Source of the DNA: Psilocybe cubensis
Taxonomy: Eukaryota
Length of the DNA: 64,000 bases
NCBI GenBank assembly: GCA_017499595.2
Contig: CM039010.1
Span: forward strand, 2,170,001 to 2,234,000
Direction: 5' to 3'
Shown: one piece after another, positions 41,175 through 53,195 of the stretch
Numbering within the stretch: position 1 is the stretch's first letter
Layout: each line of letters starts with the position of its first letter
Translations under genes and position numbers: made by a program
The notes under the pieces: generated by a model
What the model was told of the DNA's origin: nothing
Databases searched by the model: none
Seen by the model: only the letters and a program-made list of their open reading frames with translations

Positions 41175-41774
41175 ATGTCTTCTACGGTGGTGGGAGCTTG
41201 CTTGATGTTTTTTTGTTTCTCTCTCTCTCTTTTCATTTTTCATTTTTTCTCATGTTGACGAACCCACGGAACAAATTGATGATATCATTGACAATGACAC
41301 TCGCGAGGAACAACGCGAATTGGAAAACAGCCTTTTTCTTTTTATTTTATTTTCTTTCCTTCCTTCCTTACTCTCTCGTATCTCGTATTATTGACGTGGA
41401 CTTACTTTTTTTATTTTCTTTTATTTTCAACTTTACCACCATTCCTTTTTTTTACAGAACTTGGAGAATCCCCAAGATTCTCCGTTGTGCATGCTACATT
41501 CATTTGTTTTTGTACTTTTTTCTCAACCCTTTACAGGTTACCCTTCGTTTGTACATACCCTGCGTACTATCTGATTCCCCCCTCACCGTCTATGCTTTTA
41601 TATAATATCTTTTTTTTCTCTTGTTTTAGAGTAGAGTGTTTGTGTTATAATGTAATGAATGACATCTAGGCTTTTTATGCATCTCATTCCTGAACACTGT
41701 AGCGTATGGGACAAAAATTGGTACTTAAACTACAAACGGTTGTGGCTACATAGAGCGCAGGTGAATAAGTCAAG

Positions 41775-43025
41775 CTAATAGTCGTAGCGTGGCGGCGGAG
41801 GAAGGCTGTTCGCGTCGGCATAATTAGAGCGCGTCTGGGCGCTTGGTGTGGCGTTCCTGCCAGTGGAACTCGAAGCGACGGGATGATGATGGGAACTCGA
41901 GGTATCGGTGGGTGGGATCTGAGAGACGAGACTGTGCTGCGAAGGCGACGCGCCGTGTTTTCTGAACGCGGACTTGGAGTGCGGCAAGGAGGAGGAGGAG
42001 GGGTTTAGAGGTACGTGATTCAGACCGGCCCCGCGATACGACGTGTTTTGGCTTTGGAAGGGGTCCACGAGAGGAGGCTGAGGCGTCATTCGCGGGTTAT
42101 CGAGCATCCCGAATTGGCCGTCGTCTATGCGCTGATAGCGCGATGTGATGAATGGCGTCAGTTGGGCGTTTGACGGCGTGTATCTCGTCCACACTGGATG
42201 AAATGAGCGTGTGTCATTATCAGAGTAAAAGCAAAAAGGGAGGACTCACGGCTTTGGGTGCCAGGATCGAAATCTTGTTCCATTTCTTTCTCCCTTCGGC
42301 GCTTGAGGATGTATAGGATGGCGATGAGTGCCAGGAGGATGAGTGCGATGCCGCCTAGGACTCCGCCGACGATGGTCCCTGCGTGTGAGGCACTCGATGC
42401 ACCCACAGGGAGGTCGGTGGACGTTTGAGAACCATGTGAGCTTGGTGATGTGGATGAGCTTGTTGTGGTAGGCCGTAGAGATGGAGAACGTGATGGGGAA
42501 GAAGAAGAAGATGATGAAGTGGAAGAAGATGAAAAGGATGTGGAAGATGAGGAGGTAGCCCCTGGGTCTGGAAGGGTTACCAAGATGTAATCAAGGAAGT
42601 AGGTGGAATTTTTGGATAGCAAGGTGATGAGGAGCGTGTGTGTGGTGGGCGACAAGGGCCCAGAGGCGAAGAATCGCTGGCGATATAGAGGCACCCAGGA
42701 TTGTACTCCGTTAAACACAGTTGGGGTCCCATTGTCAATGCTGTATGAAGAGGAAGGAGGGCCGTCGACGCTATTAGGATTCAGTGTCCCGAACACACCC
42801 ACGTTTGTACCTACGCCGGGCCAAGTCAACATCGAAAATGATATAATGGAAGTAGACAATCCATGATTCCTGCCTACCGGTAAAGGTTAACTTTATCGTC
42901 GATCCTGTGGAAGCTGCGTACGTGGTCGTGCTGTTATACTCGTTCGATACACCGCCTGGACTCCACGCGCTGCTGGGCGAGTATGAAAGAAGGGGATCGC
43001 GGTCGTCAATGGTGAGAATGCCCAT
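41775..43025 (-). CDS. Single-pass membrane protein: N-terminal beta-rich domain, Ser/Thr stalk, TM helix, PPxY tail
   Basis: IDDRDPLLSYS...W...TFTG/GTNVGVFG...YSIDNG...FLDYILV, poly-Ser stalk, AGTIVGGVLGGIALILLALIAILYIL-KRRR, C-terminal PPPPRY. Three exons. Confidence 0.82.
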
Positions 43026-43567
43026 TCAAGAGAGTCTTGGGTCTGTGCCGCAACCTAAAGGATGGGGAGAAAGTGAGTTTCGTTCATTCATTCCGTTTAG
43101 GAAAGCCTTGAGTGTTGGGGCTGTCTCGGTTGCCAGACGCGGCGGGCGACGCCGACATTGTGATGGGAGTACACTGCAAAGTCATCAAATGCTCAGGGTC
43201 GTGCGCCCTGGTCGACGATGAGTAATGTAGCCTGATGTTTAGTCACAGGCTTGACATCCATCATTGCTGCCTGAATGGCTTTGCAGCGTTTACCATGGTC
43301 ATTTTCAGGATGTAGACACTTGTTCTCACAGTTTTTGATTAAGCGCTCAAGGCAAACTTGGTCTTAGAAACCCCAACGCAGGGTGTGTACTTCAATTGAC
43401 TGACGTAATTATTTCTGGGAAATATATGGGTATGTCGTATCAGCGAAAATAACAGAATAATGAAGACCAATTCGAATGTAGATAAATGGGCGTCTGAGGT
43501 CTGAGCAGACAACCGGGAAAGGTGACGATGAGTTGGAAGAACGCACAGTTCGAGGTACTTTTTTCCT

Positions 43568-44357
43568 CCATCTTCCACATAGCCCAATCAAGCGGTGAAG
43601 CTGAAGGACAGCAAAAAACAAGGTTTTCGAATCGAAAAGTTCTAAGCCTGAGGTCAAACGAGCAAGGCGATCCTGGATGGTACTACTGGCGCACCACATC
43701 CCTAGTGGAAACCGTAAGCGGCTTGTAGCCATCCTGAAAAGTCGGACAATTCTCCATCCGAAGTCATAGACTCATTTTCCGAGTCCCCGTTCGACTCTTC
43801 CTCCTCCTCCTCAAAGTCGTCTGAATAATCCGGTCTTGGCCCCATATATCCACCATACTCGCTTACAGACTCTTCCTCCGCATGGTCGAGTGATTCAAGA
43901 TGCTGTGAACGGGTTAATTTACGCTGCAATAAATCAAAGACTTGGTTCAATCACCTGCTTTCGCGCTTCCTCTAGTGCTATCGCCCGCACACGCTCTTCC
44001 TCCTGTGCTATCGCCTCCACTCGCGCTTCCTCTTCATCCTGTTTTCTCTAAATTGTCACACAGAGGATCGGTAAGTGTAGAAACAAGAGTGCGAGATATA
44101 CAGCTGACCTTCTCCAGCCTTCTCGCTGCACGACGAGCGTTATAAGCTCGCCTCCGCTCACCCCTTTTGGCCCGTTTCTCCTTTTTTTCCTTCTTTGTTA
44201 ATTTGGGTTTGTCTGTTTGATGCTTTTTCTGAGTGTTCGAGGGCTTTTGCTTTTCTGCCTGCCAGCCAGGTTAGTAGGGTAGGACAGAAAGAAGTTTCCT
44301 TAATCTTACTGGCTTCTTGGATTCACGATCAGCTTTCTTCGATTTGGATTTTGCCAT
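43568..44357 (-). pseudogene. Orphan-family copy C, frameshifted paralogue of copy D
   Basis: Exons 1-2 are intact (MAKSKSKKADRESKKP). An extra base near 43945 (GTG ATT GAA CCA vs GTG ATA GAA CAA in D) gives an early TGA. Further indels occur in the terminal domain (gcttcaccgcttgattgggctatg still aligns to D). Confidence 0.72.
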
Positions 44358-44910
44358 TGCCTTACTGCACGGGACTGCAATGACCGTAACACCGACCCAG
44401 GAGAAGGAAAAGAACTGCAATACACATGAAGAACTCTCAAGAACATAATCATGGACAGAGGCGAGCGTACAGCTTTGAATCTTGAGGTGCGAGGCAGTAA
44501 GTTGATGGCAGTAAGAGCCAAGTAAAGAAAGAGTCGAAAGCCCGGTTTTGACTTCCGGATAATTAAGTTGGAGCGTGTATTGTAAATGTGGCACCATATC
44601 CTACAAATATAAAAGAATTAGGCTACGTAATAGTTGAGGGTTGAGGGTATATATCATTAGAAAATTGTTGAGAGGAAAGTATACAGAATTAGTCAAAAAG
44701 ACAAAAACATAGAATAGAATGTAAAAACGGGAAATCGGCGGACAATCAGGTAACAATATATCCAGTGAACGACTTTTTGCGAGTAGACGTGTCTGCACCA
44801 CCCCGAAATAGCCCTCGTTAAACTGATGGGCGTTCGAGGTGTAAACAGACAGCCGGACAAGGGAGACGATACGTTAAAGGATGGACAGCTCGTTGTGCTC
44901 CTCTGGCCAC

Positions 44911-45850
44911 TCACCGTCCATCTTCCAACATAGCCCAATCAGCCGGTGAAGCTGTGATAATAGCAAAAGCAAGGCTCTCGAATTGAGCTAATCTGCATAT
45001 ATTATTAGAGAGTGTAAACTCTAATCGAGCTGTAACGACCTTGTGTTGGAGGCCCCTCATCGACAAAAGATCATACTTGGAAAAACCAGTCGCGTAGAGA
45101 AGGTAAAAAACCAAGGGATTAGCGTAGTTTCTTTTGCGAAGAAATACGCGAACTTTGTCAAACTGATGAAAAGCCTCCTGCTCTAGTGTGCCTGCCATTG
45201 GGTCATCACCAGAGAAAAAGGCATCTTCTCCGTGTCCAATGTGTCCGAGTACAGAGCTATGTTCCTGAGAGAGCGAATTCTGTACTTCTGAAGTTGATGC
45301 GTGAGCCTGATCCTTCTCTCTCATCGATTGTCTTGCACTAGATGTCCCGTTGCAATTTGCATTGGGACTTGCCATTCGCTGATCCGACCTCGTAGAGACA
45401 TTCGAGTACGACTCTAGAGACTGTTCTGGATTTCTGGATTGCTCATCTTCTGGAACGATCGCCAGCTCCTGCTTTGAACCGGTTAATTTATACTGCAGTC
45501 CTGAGAGTTGAATTTGTTCTATCACCTGAGCTCGAGCTTCTTCCTGTCTCTAAATGTTACATAGAATGTTGGCAAGGGTAGAAACAAAGGTTCGAGCTGC
45601 GACTGACCTTTGCTAACTTTCTTGCAGCGCGACGCGCTCTACAAGCTCGTTGTTTCTCTCTTTTTTTGACCCTTTGAATCTCCTGCTGGGTCAATTTGGA
45701 TGCGTCTTGTTCATGTTGGTCCTGAGTATTCGATGCCTTTTGTTTTTGCGCCTACCAGTCAGGTCAGTAATGTATGACAGTAAGAGGTATCCACACTCTC
45801 ACAAGCTTTGTGGATTCACGCGCAGCCTTCTTGGTTTTGGATCTTGTCAT
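44911..45850 (-). CDS. Orphan-family copy D: basic N-terminus plus C-terminal SAM-like domain
   Basis: Exons 45850-45803, 45751-45608 and 45549-44911 are in frame; ends FDKVRVFLRKRNY...QFESLAFAIITASPADWAML. Confidence 0.8.
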
Positions 45851-46231
45851 GGCCTGGACGTAACACCGACTCAGGGAAGAAACTGCAACAAAAAGAATTC
45901 TCAACAACATGTTCATGGACAGAGGTGAACTGTGTTACACGTACGTGTTTGAAAGTTGAGGTGAATGAGGTGACAGTAAAAGTTGAAAAAAGGGTCGAAG
46001 AAGTCCGGTCTTCTGGCTGAGCGTGTGAGTGATCTCTAAGTTCGGACCACTTCAAATTCGGAAATTTAGACAGGGGGAGCTAAGTAGTGTAAATATTGTA
46101 CCATATCATACAAATATAAAACTTTAAGCTACGTAGTAAGAGGTTTGAAGGTATGTACTTAGATAGCGGCATTAATAGTATCTGGTAGATGAAAGATAAA
46201 TGAGTGAAGGGTAAAGGGTATACAAACATGG

Positions 46232-47609
46232 CTATGGTGGTGGTGGTGTAGTAGGTATGACCAATTCCATAACAGGGTGCAGTACATCCCAATCGGTCGG
46301 GGAGGCAGCAAATACAGCAAAAGACAGACTCTCGAGCTGAGCCGATTTAAAACATCCATCCGAGAGCAAAAGGCTGAATCGTGTAACGAGGGTACGCTGG
46401 TCGAGACCTTTCATAGAGCGAAGTTCATACTCAGTGAAGCCGGATTTCTCGAGTCTGGCCATAACATCGGGGTGACCATAATTACGTCTGCGAAAGAAAG
46501 TCCGCACATTGTCGAAGCATTGTGAATAGAACTCAGAGAGGGATACTTCTCTCCTCCGAACCAAGGCACCCGATGGCGATTCGGTTTCTTCTATCTTTAT
46601 TGTCACAGAAGCTTCGGGAGATTGAGATTGCAACGGTTGAGGCTGAGGAAGTTGAGGAAGTGGAGAAGTTGAAGCGGGTTGCGAGTGTATGTTTAGCTCC
46701 ATCAAACGCTCTTTCTCTAAAGCCTTGCGGAGGCCCTCGGCCAACATCTTCTTCTTTGCTTCGAGCTCTCCTTTGTTTGACTAGACATAAACATTAGCCG
46801 AAAGCCCGTTGGATATTATATCCTATATATGCTCACTGGAGCCCGCTTCTCTTGACGAGTTTTTTTGCGACGTCTCTGAAGCAATAAGGCTTGTAATTAG
46901 CATATTGAAAAATAAAATACATTATAATCAAAACCATTACCGTGTTTTCGTTTGAATCGGATTCTGACGGCGAAAGTGACATAGCCCGTTTGCGGCCTCG
47001 GGAAGACTTATCTCTAGGAGTGTTCGTTAGCTTTAGTCATATAGAAAATAGGAGGATATGGACTTACGAAGAGTGGTTGCCTGAAGCATGTTGTTGGCCG
47101 TCGTTATCCTCTCTTTGATTCTTCTCCACCACCTCTGTCTCTACCACTACCACTTCCTTCTCGACTATGGTAGCTTTTCCTACCGATACATCCTTGCTCT
47201 TTCGCCCTGTCGCTTTTTTGATCGCCGCTGCTCCATCCTCTTGATTCCTAGCTGTTCCTTCTCCCTCTGTTTCTTTTTCGTCCGTTTTCTTACTCTCCGA
47301 TTTTTCTTTCATCCCGTCCAAAGCTTTAACAGGTATGTTACTGCTCCCTGTATTGCGATTCGGCCGCTCGGGCTTCGTCGTCGTAGAGGTAGACGGCTGG
47401 GGGTCGTCCGATTCAGATTCCGAGCTTTCGCTGCTTGAATCTTCTGAGTCTGAGCTATCGCTACTTGAATCATCTGAGTCCGAACTCTCGCTGCTCGAAT
47501 CCTCTGACTCGGAGGATTCGCTTTGAGGCGGGTTGCCTCGTTGGCTCATCTTCGTTACAGCCGAATGTGTAGTCTTTTGAGTCTGCTCGAGTTCTGGCAG
47601 CCTCTCCAT
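46232..47609 (-). CDS. Orphan-family copy E: Ser/Asp/Glu tract, NLS-like RRRKK, C-terminal SAM-like domain
   Basis: Exons ~47609-47068, 47013-46941, 46875-46837 and 46780-46232 are in frame; ends FDNVRTFFRRRNY...QLESLSFAVFAASPTDWDVL. Start could be 47549. Confidence 0.75.
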
Positions 47610-48254
47610 GTCTGCGGCGGTAATGGTTCCGCCTGTATGTAGAATGTAGAGCACAAATTATAGCACAATACCCCTAAGTGTCCTACAACTTTAAAAAAAA
47701 GTAGATAGCGTGAGGAAAAAACGAGAATAGCATTACTTACAGGCGCTGGGAAAAAGTTCAGCCAAGGTTCTGACTCGCTTCTGTGCTGATGGCCCTTGGA
47801 TATGGTCGAGATGACAGTCCGTGTTCGCGTTCAACGTGCTTTCTTGAATTTCTGAAGGAGGAATGAGTGGACGCGCGACGCGCGAATAAGAGAAATGGCA
47901 AGGGATTGACAGTAAAAAACGAACTTTCAAGAAGCGGAACTAAATCCGAACCAACACGTCATGAATTACTACTTCCGCATTAGGGAATTGGGCATAACGC
48001 CATGCGTCACGTTCACGTGGGATGTGACAAGGCTATTAACTTGAAAAAAATTGGATAGAAAGAGATTGTTAGAAGACTAGTATGGTGCAGTAAAAGTGTT
48101 AAAGAAGTTCTATAAAGCACAGATCTTAGGTGAGATGTTTTGGGTATCAATGAATAACATGTTTGCAGTGTTGGTCAAAGGGCACCCCCACCCGCCAATG
48201 TCTGGAGGTCAACTATTGAACCAATATATTCAAAATCTGACCGGCTCCATGAGT

Positions 48255-48466
48255 GGGCTAGTGCCCAACAGAATGACAGGAGTTTGCCTCTTCACCCGAA
48301 TTCTTTTTTTTTAAAAAAAAGGGTGGGCCAGAGCCCAGTAGAAGAACAAGAGTTTGCCCCTTCTCCCAAATTCTGTTTTTAAAAAACAATAAATGTGTGG
48401 GTCATAGCCCAGTAGAAGAACATGAGTTTGCCCCTTCTCCCCAAAATTCTGTTTTTTTAAAAACAG
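48255..48466. repeat. Three imperfect tandem copies of a ~70-bp unit
   Basis: gcccagtagaagaaca.gagtttgccccttctccc.aaattctgtttttaaaaa occurs three times; the first copy is the most diverged. Confidence 0.85.
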
Positions 48467-48531
48467 TCTAGTGAGTTTAAGTACAAAAACTAAATTAAAC
48501 CATGACTGAGGAAATCTGGAACCTATCCAGT

Positions 48532-50347
48532 TTACTCTTCATTGATTAGCATTTTTGAGTGAGCTGCATCTTTTCCTTCGGAGTTGAGAATGAGATCATC
48601 GTCAGATAATCCTAGGGAGCGTGCCTCCGCTTCGTTGCGATATCGCCGCCAAAAGAGCCAAAGCACGAAGACGGCCACTGTTAGTGGGATTGTGATGGCG
48701 AAGAATAGCCAGATTTGTTCAGACACAACTAGGGTGTTGTCGGATTGAGAATTGAAAAAGACCATGCTGAAAAGCGCCTGCAACGAGTGAGTCGATTAAA
48801 AAAAATTAGAAGGGCAAGAGAAAGGCGACGTGTTGAACGTACTGAAACGAAGGTGCCGGGTAAGAAAAGCATTGTAACAGCTGCCATCCTGATACGACAA
48901 ATGATGTATCAGAGATACCGCAGATATTGGTTACATGAAGAGACAAGGATACAACGCACGTAATCATCGAGGAGCTATCTCTTTGGGTGCTGACTGCGAT
49001 CTTGCTTGTAAGCCGCGCGATATCTAGGTTGGTTTTATTATCTGTCTGTGTTGAGATGTTGAAAAACAAGTTGATCCGGATTCCGGTGCGTTCGTTGTAG
49101 TTCAGGACCCATCGTTTGAGTACGTCCGTCTTTGAAAGGATAAAATCGAAGGAGTCGAGAACGGATTCTATGTCTTCCGGCTCCTCGGTCTCGGAGTGAT
49201 TTGTATATTCCATCCTTGGTCGAGGAAATTCTTCCGGCATCTCGTCAAACGACCATGGAGCATATCTTCTAGAGGAAGTATGCGTGTTGTAATATTCTGA
49301 TGTGTATAGCAGGCGTCGATGGACTTTGAGTAAGAAATTGATTCGCTCATGATGGTCAGCGAGATGTCCGCTGATGACATTGAAGCGCTGGGAGAGTGCG
49401 TGGAGATTTTCGACAGCCATGGCGACTTGCTCGGGGGTGAAACGTGCAAATTTTCTGCGTTCCTGGATATTTGAAAGTAGATAGTCGTATCTCATACGGT
49501 GAAGTCGGTGTAATGGACATGCTTACGTATTTAATCAATTCATTCCGTGGTTGTAACACGTCTGCCCCCAATGCGAACAAGCAGTCTTCGGCCAGGAAAG
49601 CATCTATGGCAAGAGGTCTGAGTAGCGAAGATGTGGTATCCGGATGCGTGCAAGAGAGAATAGTATTCTTGACGCTTTCGGTATACTGATATATCATGTA
49701 AGTCGAGGAGGGAACCTGGTCGAGTGAATGAGAGAACCAGACAAGGGTCAGAGGTGTACTGATTCCAGATTTAAATCGATACAATCCATCTGCAAAAAGG
49801 TTTGATGCGTTTACTATCTTCATCCAAGTATGCGACGTACCAAGGGAGACGCGTCTCCCATGTCCCTTGCGGACAAAACTAGCATTTCCCGAAAAGTGCC
49901 GGGATGTCATCCCGTCGAAGAATAATGGAGATACGCCGAAGCGTTGTTGCATCCAGTGGGCAGTATCATTCGGCTCCAGATTTGGATTATCATTCGTTTT
50001 CCACCTGCTCCAGTCGAGAAAGTCAAGATCTTCGATAAAACTGTGGTATATTAGCATGATATCCCGTCAAATATATGACGAGGCACTCAACAATATCCTC
50101 AACCGGGGAAGTTCAGACGACTGCATATAAATGAGCATGGATAGGAGAGTGAGCAAGCAAGTAACCTGACATGATCAAAGTGTCGAAGAAGTCGAGCATG
50201 GTCAAGGTCCGGGGCCCAGGCGGCTTTGTCAGGGTATATCTCCAGCAAGTTCAGCAAAGTAGTATGAGTGATTCCGCCAGGCTCGGTATTGCGAAAGCCA
50301 GCAGCTCTCAGTTCAATTTCCGGGTGCGAGGAGGGCTCGATGGTCAT
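48532..50347 (-). CDS. Fungal CorA-like protein with C-terminal two-TM hairpin
   Basis: Helical region, then NLFFNISTQTDN...IAVSTQRDSSSMITMAAVTMLFLPGTFVSALFSMVFF...IWLFFAITIPLTVAVFVLW. Multi-exon. Confidence 0.78.
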
Positions 50348-50822
50348 GGCGGTTGTGGATGAAGACGATGATTGTATTTGTGCGGATGTTAAATGGGTCG
50401 ATGTCTATCTCTTGATGTGCATTTGGCTTTGACATCGGTGATTGATGGATAGGGACTGGTCCACTAATCTAGTTATGACATCGCCAAAATGTAGGTATAC
50501 TAGTTTTGCGAACCAAGTCAAGAATAGTATATTTTCCAGGTACACCTGTAGTTATCAGCACGTCGAACAGGGTTCAGGATGCTTTACTTTTGGAGTTGGC
50601 GGTGCTTGTGCTGGATAAATTCAATGCTAGTTACAAGCGTAAGAATTCCAACAAAGAAAATTGAAGACTGGAGCGATGTGAAGGGAAGCAGAGGCCATAT
50701 TGTAGTTGCTGGTAGCAAGAGAACATGAGAGGCAAGGTAAAAGATGGCAAGAACAAACAAAGATCGGACTTTGTTCTCGACCACCAACATCGTCCCGATA
50801 CCAACACCAATGGACATCCAAA

Positions 50823-53195
50823 ATGGCCAACCCATTCAGTAGGCAGTCCAGCAGCAAAAGCAAGCATTCTGCCTTTGTACCCTCTCCTCGATTCCTGTCC
50901 GAGTCGCCCGCCAAGAATCGCAGTCCACTCCACGTCGACTATCCAGGCCAACCGTCACGCAACGATTTGCGGTCTCCTATACCCCCACCACCAGCCAATC
51001 TATATCCAGGCACTCCTTTAGCTTTCACCGTCGACCCGGGAGCTCCGTTTCTTGCAGCGGTAGCGCCGACGGATGACCATCGATCTGAGAATGGCTCGAC
51101 GTGGGACGACCCGGGACCGAAAGGGTTCACAGGCGCAGTGGTATCCGGCATCAAAAACGTCGTGAAAAGGTCGTTGCGGGACAGATCGAGATCGCAATAC
51201 ACACAAAAGCAGAGGGGTTATGGGCAGGTGGATAATAGCATTGTGTATGATCTGCCGCCTCAGCTTCGAGATTCGGGATACGCAGTTTCGTCTGTGCCGA
51301 TTCCACCGTCGGGTCTTCCACCCATGCCTCAAAATCTGTCGACTCCTCCTTCCTCTAGGCATACATCGTACTCTGCGCGTGCTCCGTCGGAGACACTCCT
51401 GGGCCACGCCGAGGACAGATACGATAAAGACGATGCAACCATCATAGGCCACTCAAATAGCGTTTTGAAGCAGCAGACAAGACCTCAGCCTGTCAATCAG
51501 GAATACGAGTACGGTCAGAGATATGAGTCTGACCAGGAAGAATCTCCTGCGCAGCAATACCAGCGACAGGTGATGGATGCGTATCGCCTTTCCCAGACGG
51601 CAAGCCCATCCAGACAAGTACCCCGCCGGTACACGGTTCCTCAACCCACGTACTCTGAGATCATCGGTCCAGAAGACATTGCGAGTCCAGTATCGGCGGA
51701 TCTGCAAATTGGACCGAACTACAAGCAGATGGACGTCAGGACGCCGCCGCCGAGCGAGATTTCTTTCAACACGTACCTCAAACGACTGCAGAAATTTGCG
51801 AGCGATGTGAACAGTCTTCCGTGGATCGCGAAGGAACGCGTCACGAAGGATTATTACCCGGAGAGATCGAGGAGGTCGGACGAGCCCAAGAAAGCACCCG
51901 CGATCGTGTGGCGAAGCGAAGCCTTTTTGAAAGCGGAGGGGTATCACGATCCAGAGGGGAGCGGCGCAGATGGGGATGGCAGCTTTTCAGAGTGGTCAGG
52001 GGTGGAGAAGGATGGCAGTGTGAGGACGGGTCCGGGGATGCATGCACCGCGGAGGGGGTCTCGCAGTGCGATGGACCTCGACGCAGAGTTTGAAGGCAGT
52101 CGTACGCCGTTGCCCGCGAATCAGCCGAACTTGACGCCGTACACGCGACCGCGCGGTGTGCAGCTTACAGACACGCCTATGCCGCCGCGCGTCAGTCAAC
52201 CGCCGGATTCTGTGCTTTTTCAGAAGGGGCCGCCGCCTGTTATTCCTGACCTTCCGCTCCCTCAGCAGCAGACGATGCCTGTGCAGCCTGGAGGAGAGCA
52301 AGGCAATGGATATGTGCATATTGTTCCATCGCACCCGCCTCCAATTATTGCCCAGACGCCAAATACATATACGGCTCCTGTTCCTCCTATGGCCAATCAA
52401 TATATACCTCAAGACCCGAATGCATACTCGAGAGATTATTCACAACCCTTCGGCCCCGAAGGTCAAAATACAAATGCCTGGTATCCTCCTCAAGTTACAC
52501 CCCCAAACTATTCCATCGAAGCCGTAAATCAGCTTGTACCAACCGCTGAATTCCCATACTTGGGTCCAAATCCAGACTGGGCAGGAGGTCAACCACCACC
52601 ACCACCAGTCGCGTTCCCTTCGCCACCTAGACCGCTGCGCGAACAAGACCGCACCAACCAATCACCCATCTTCATCCCTCCCTCGCCTAGACCGCCACCG
52701 TCACCACAACAGCTACAGCCACAGCAACGAACCCCTACAGGCCAGCCACCAGCAGCATCCTTCCCTTCCCCCGCTCCCGCTCCCCCTAGACCACGAGAGC
52801 ACGACCACGCAATGTCGCCCTCCCCCGTCATCCCACCCCTCAACCTCGCCCCAGCCGCACCCACCTTCCCCAACACCCCACGCGCCTCCACGCCCATATC
52901 CGCACCGCAATCCTCCGCGCCGCCCTCGCCCTCGCCAGCGCAGTGGGAGCAGTACGCGACGAGCCATCGCACGGGGTATGTGCCCGCGCATTATGCGGAG
53001 CATTATTATGGGGAGGTGTATGGGCCTGGGGTACATGCTGCGCGCCCGCCGGTTGTGCAGCCGCCGGTTACGGTGTCGGCGGGGAGTGGGAGTGGGAGTG
53101 GGAGTGGGAGGTCGGGGAGATCGGGTAGGTCAGGAAGGTCGAGGAGGTCGAGGTCGAGTGGACATGGGAGTGCGGGGTCTAGACGGTCAAGGTGA
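50823..53195 (+). CDS. Proline-rich protein of unknown function (single exon)
   Basis: 2.37-kb open frame from ATG 50823, with a non-repetitive island YLKRLQKFASDVNSLPWIAKERVTKDYYPE. Confidence 0.75.
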   Translation: MANPFSRQSSSKSKHSAFVPSPRFLSESPAKNRSPLHVDYPGQPSRNDLRSPIPPPPANLYPGTPLAFTVDPGAPFLAAVAPTDDHRSENGSTWDDPGPKGFTGAVVSGIKNVVKRSLRDRSRSQYTQKQRGYGQVDNSIVYDLPPQLRDSGYAVSSVPIPPSGLPPMPQNLSTPPSSRHTSYSARAPSETLLGHAEDRYDKDDATIIGHSNSVLKQQTRPQPVNQEYEYGQRYESDQEESPAQQYQRQVMDAYRLSQTASPSRQVPRRYTVPQPTYSEIIGPEDIASPVSADLQIGPNYKQMDVRTPPPSEISFNTYLKRLQKFASDVNSLPWIAKERVTKDYYPERSRRSDEPKKAPAIVWRSEAFLKAEGYHDPEGSGADGDGSFSEWSGVEKDGSVRTGPGMHAPRRGSRSAMDLDAEFEGSRTPLPANQPNLTPYTRPRGVQLTDTPMPPRVSQPPDSVLFQKGPPPVIPDLPLPQQQTMPVQPGGEQGNGYVHIVPSHPPPIIAQTPNTYTAPVPPMANQYIPQDPNAYSRDYSQPFGPEGQNTNAWYPPQVTPPNYSIEAVNQLVPTAEFPYLGPNPDWAGGQPPPPPVAFPSPPRPLREQDRTNQSPIFIPPSPRPPPSPQQLQPQQRTPTGQPPAASFPSPAPAPPRPREHDHAMSPSPVIPPLNLAPAAPTFPNTPRASTPISAPQSSAPPSPSPAQWEQYATSHRTGYVPAHYAEHYYGEVYGPGVHAARPPVVQPPVTVSAGSGSGSGSGRSGRSGRSGRSRRSRSSGHGSAGSRRSR

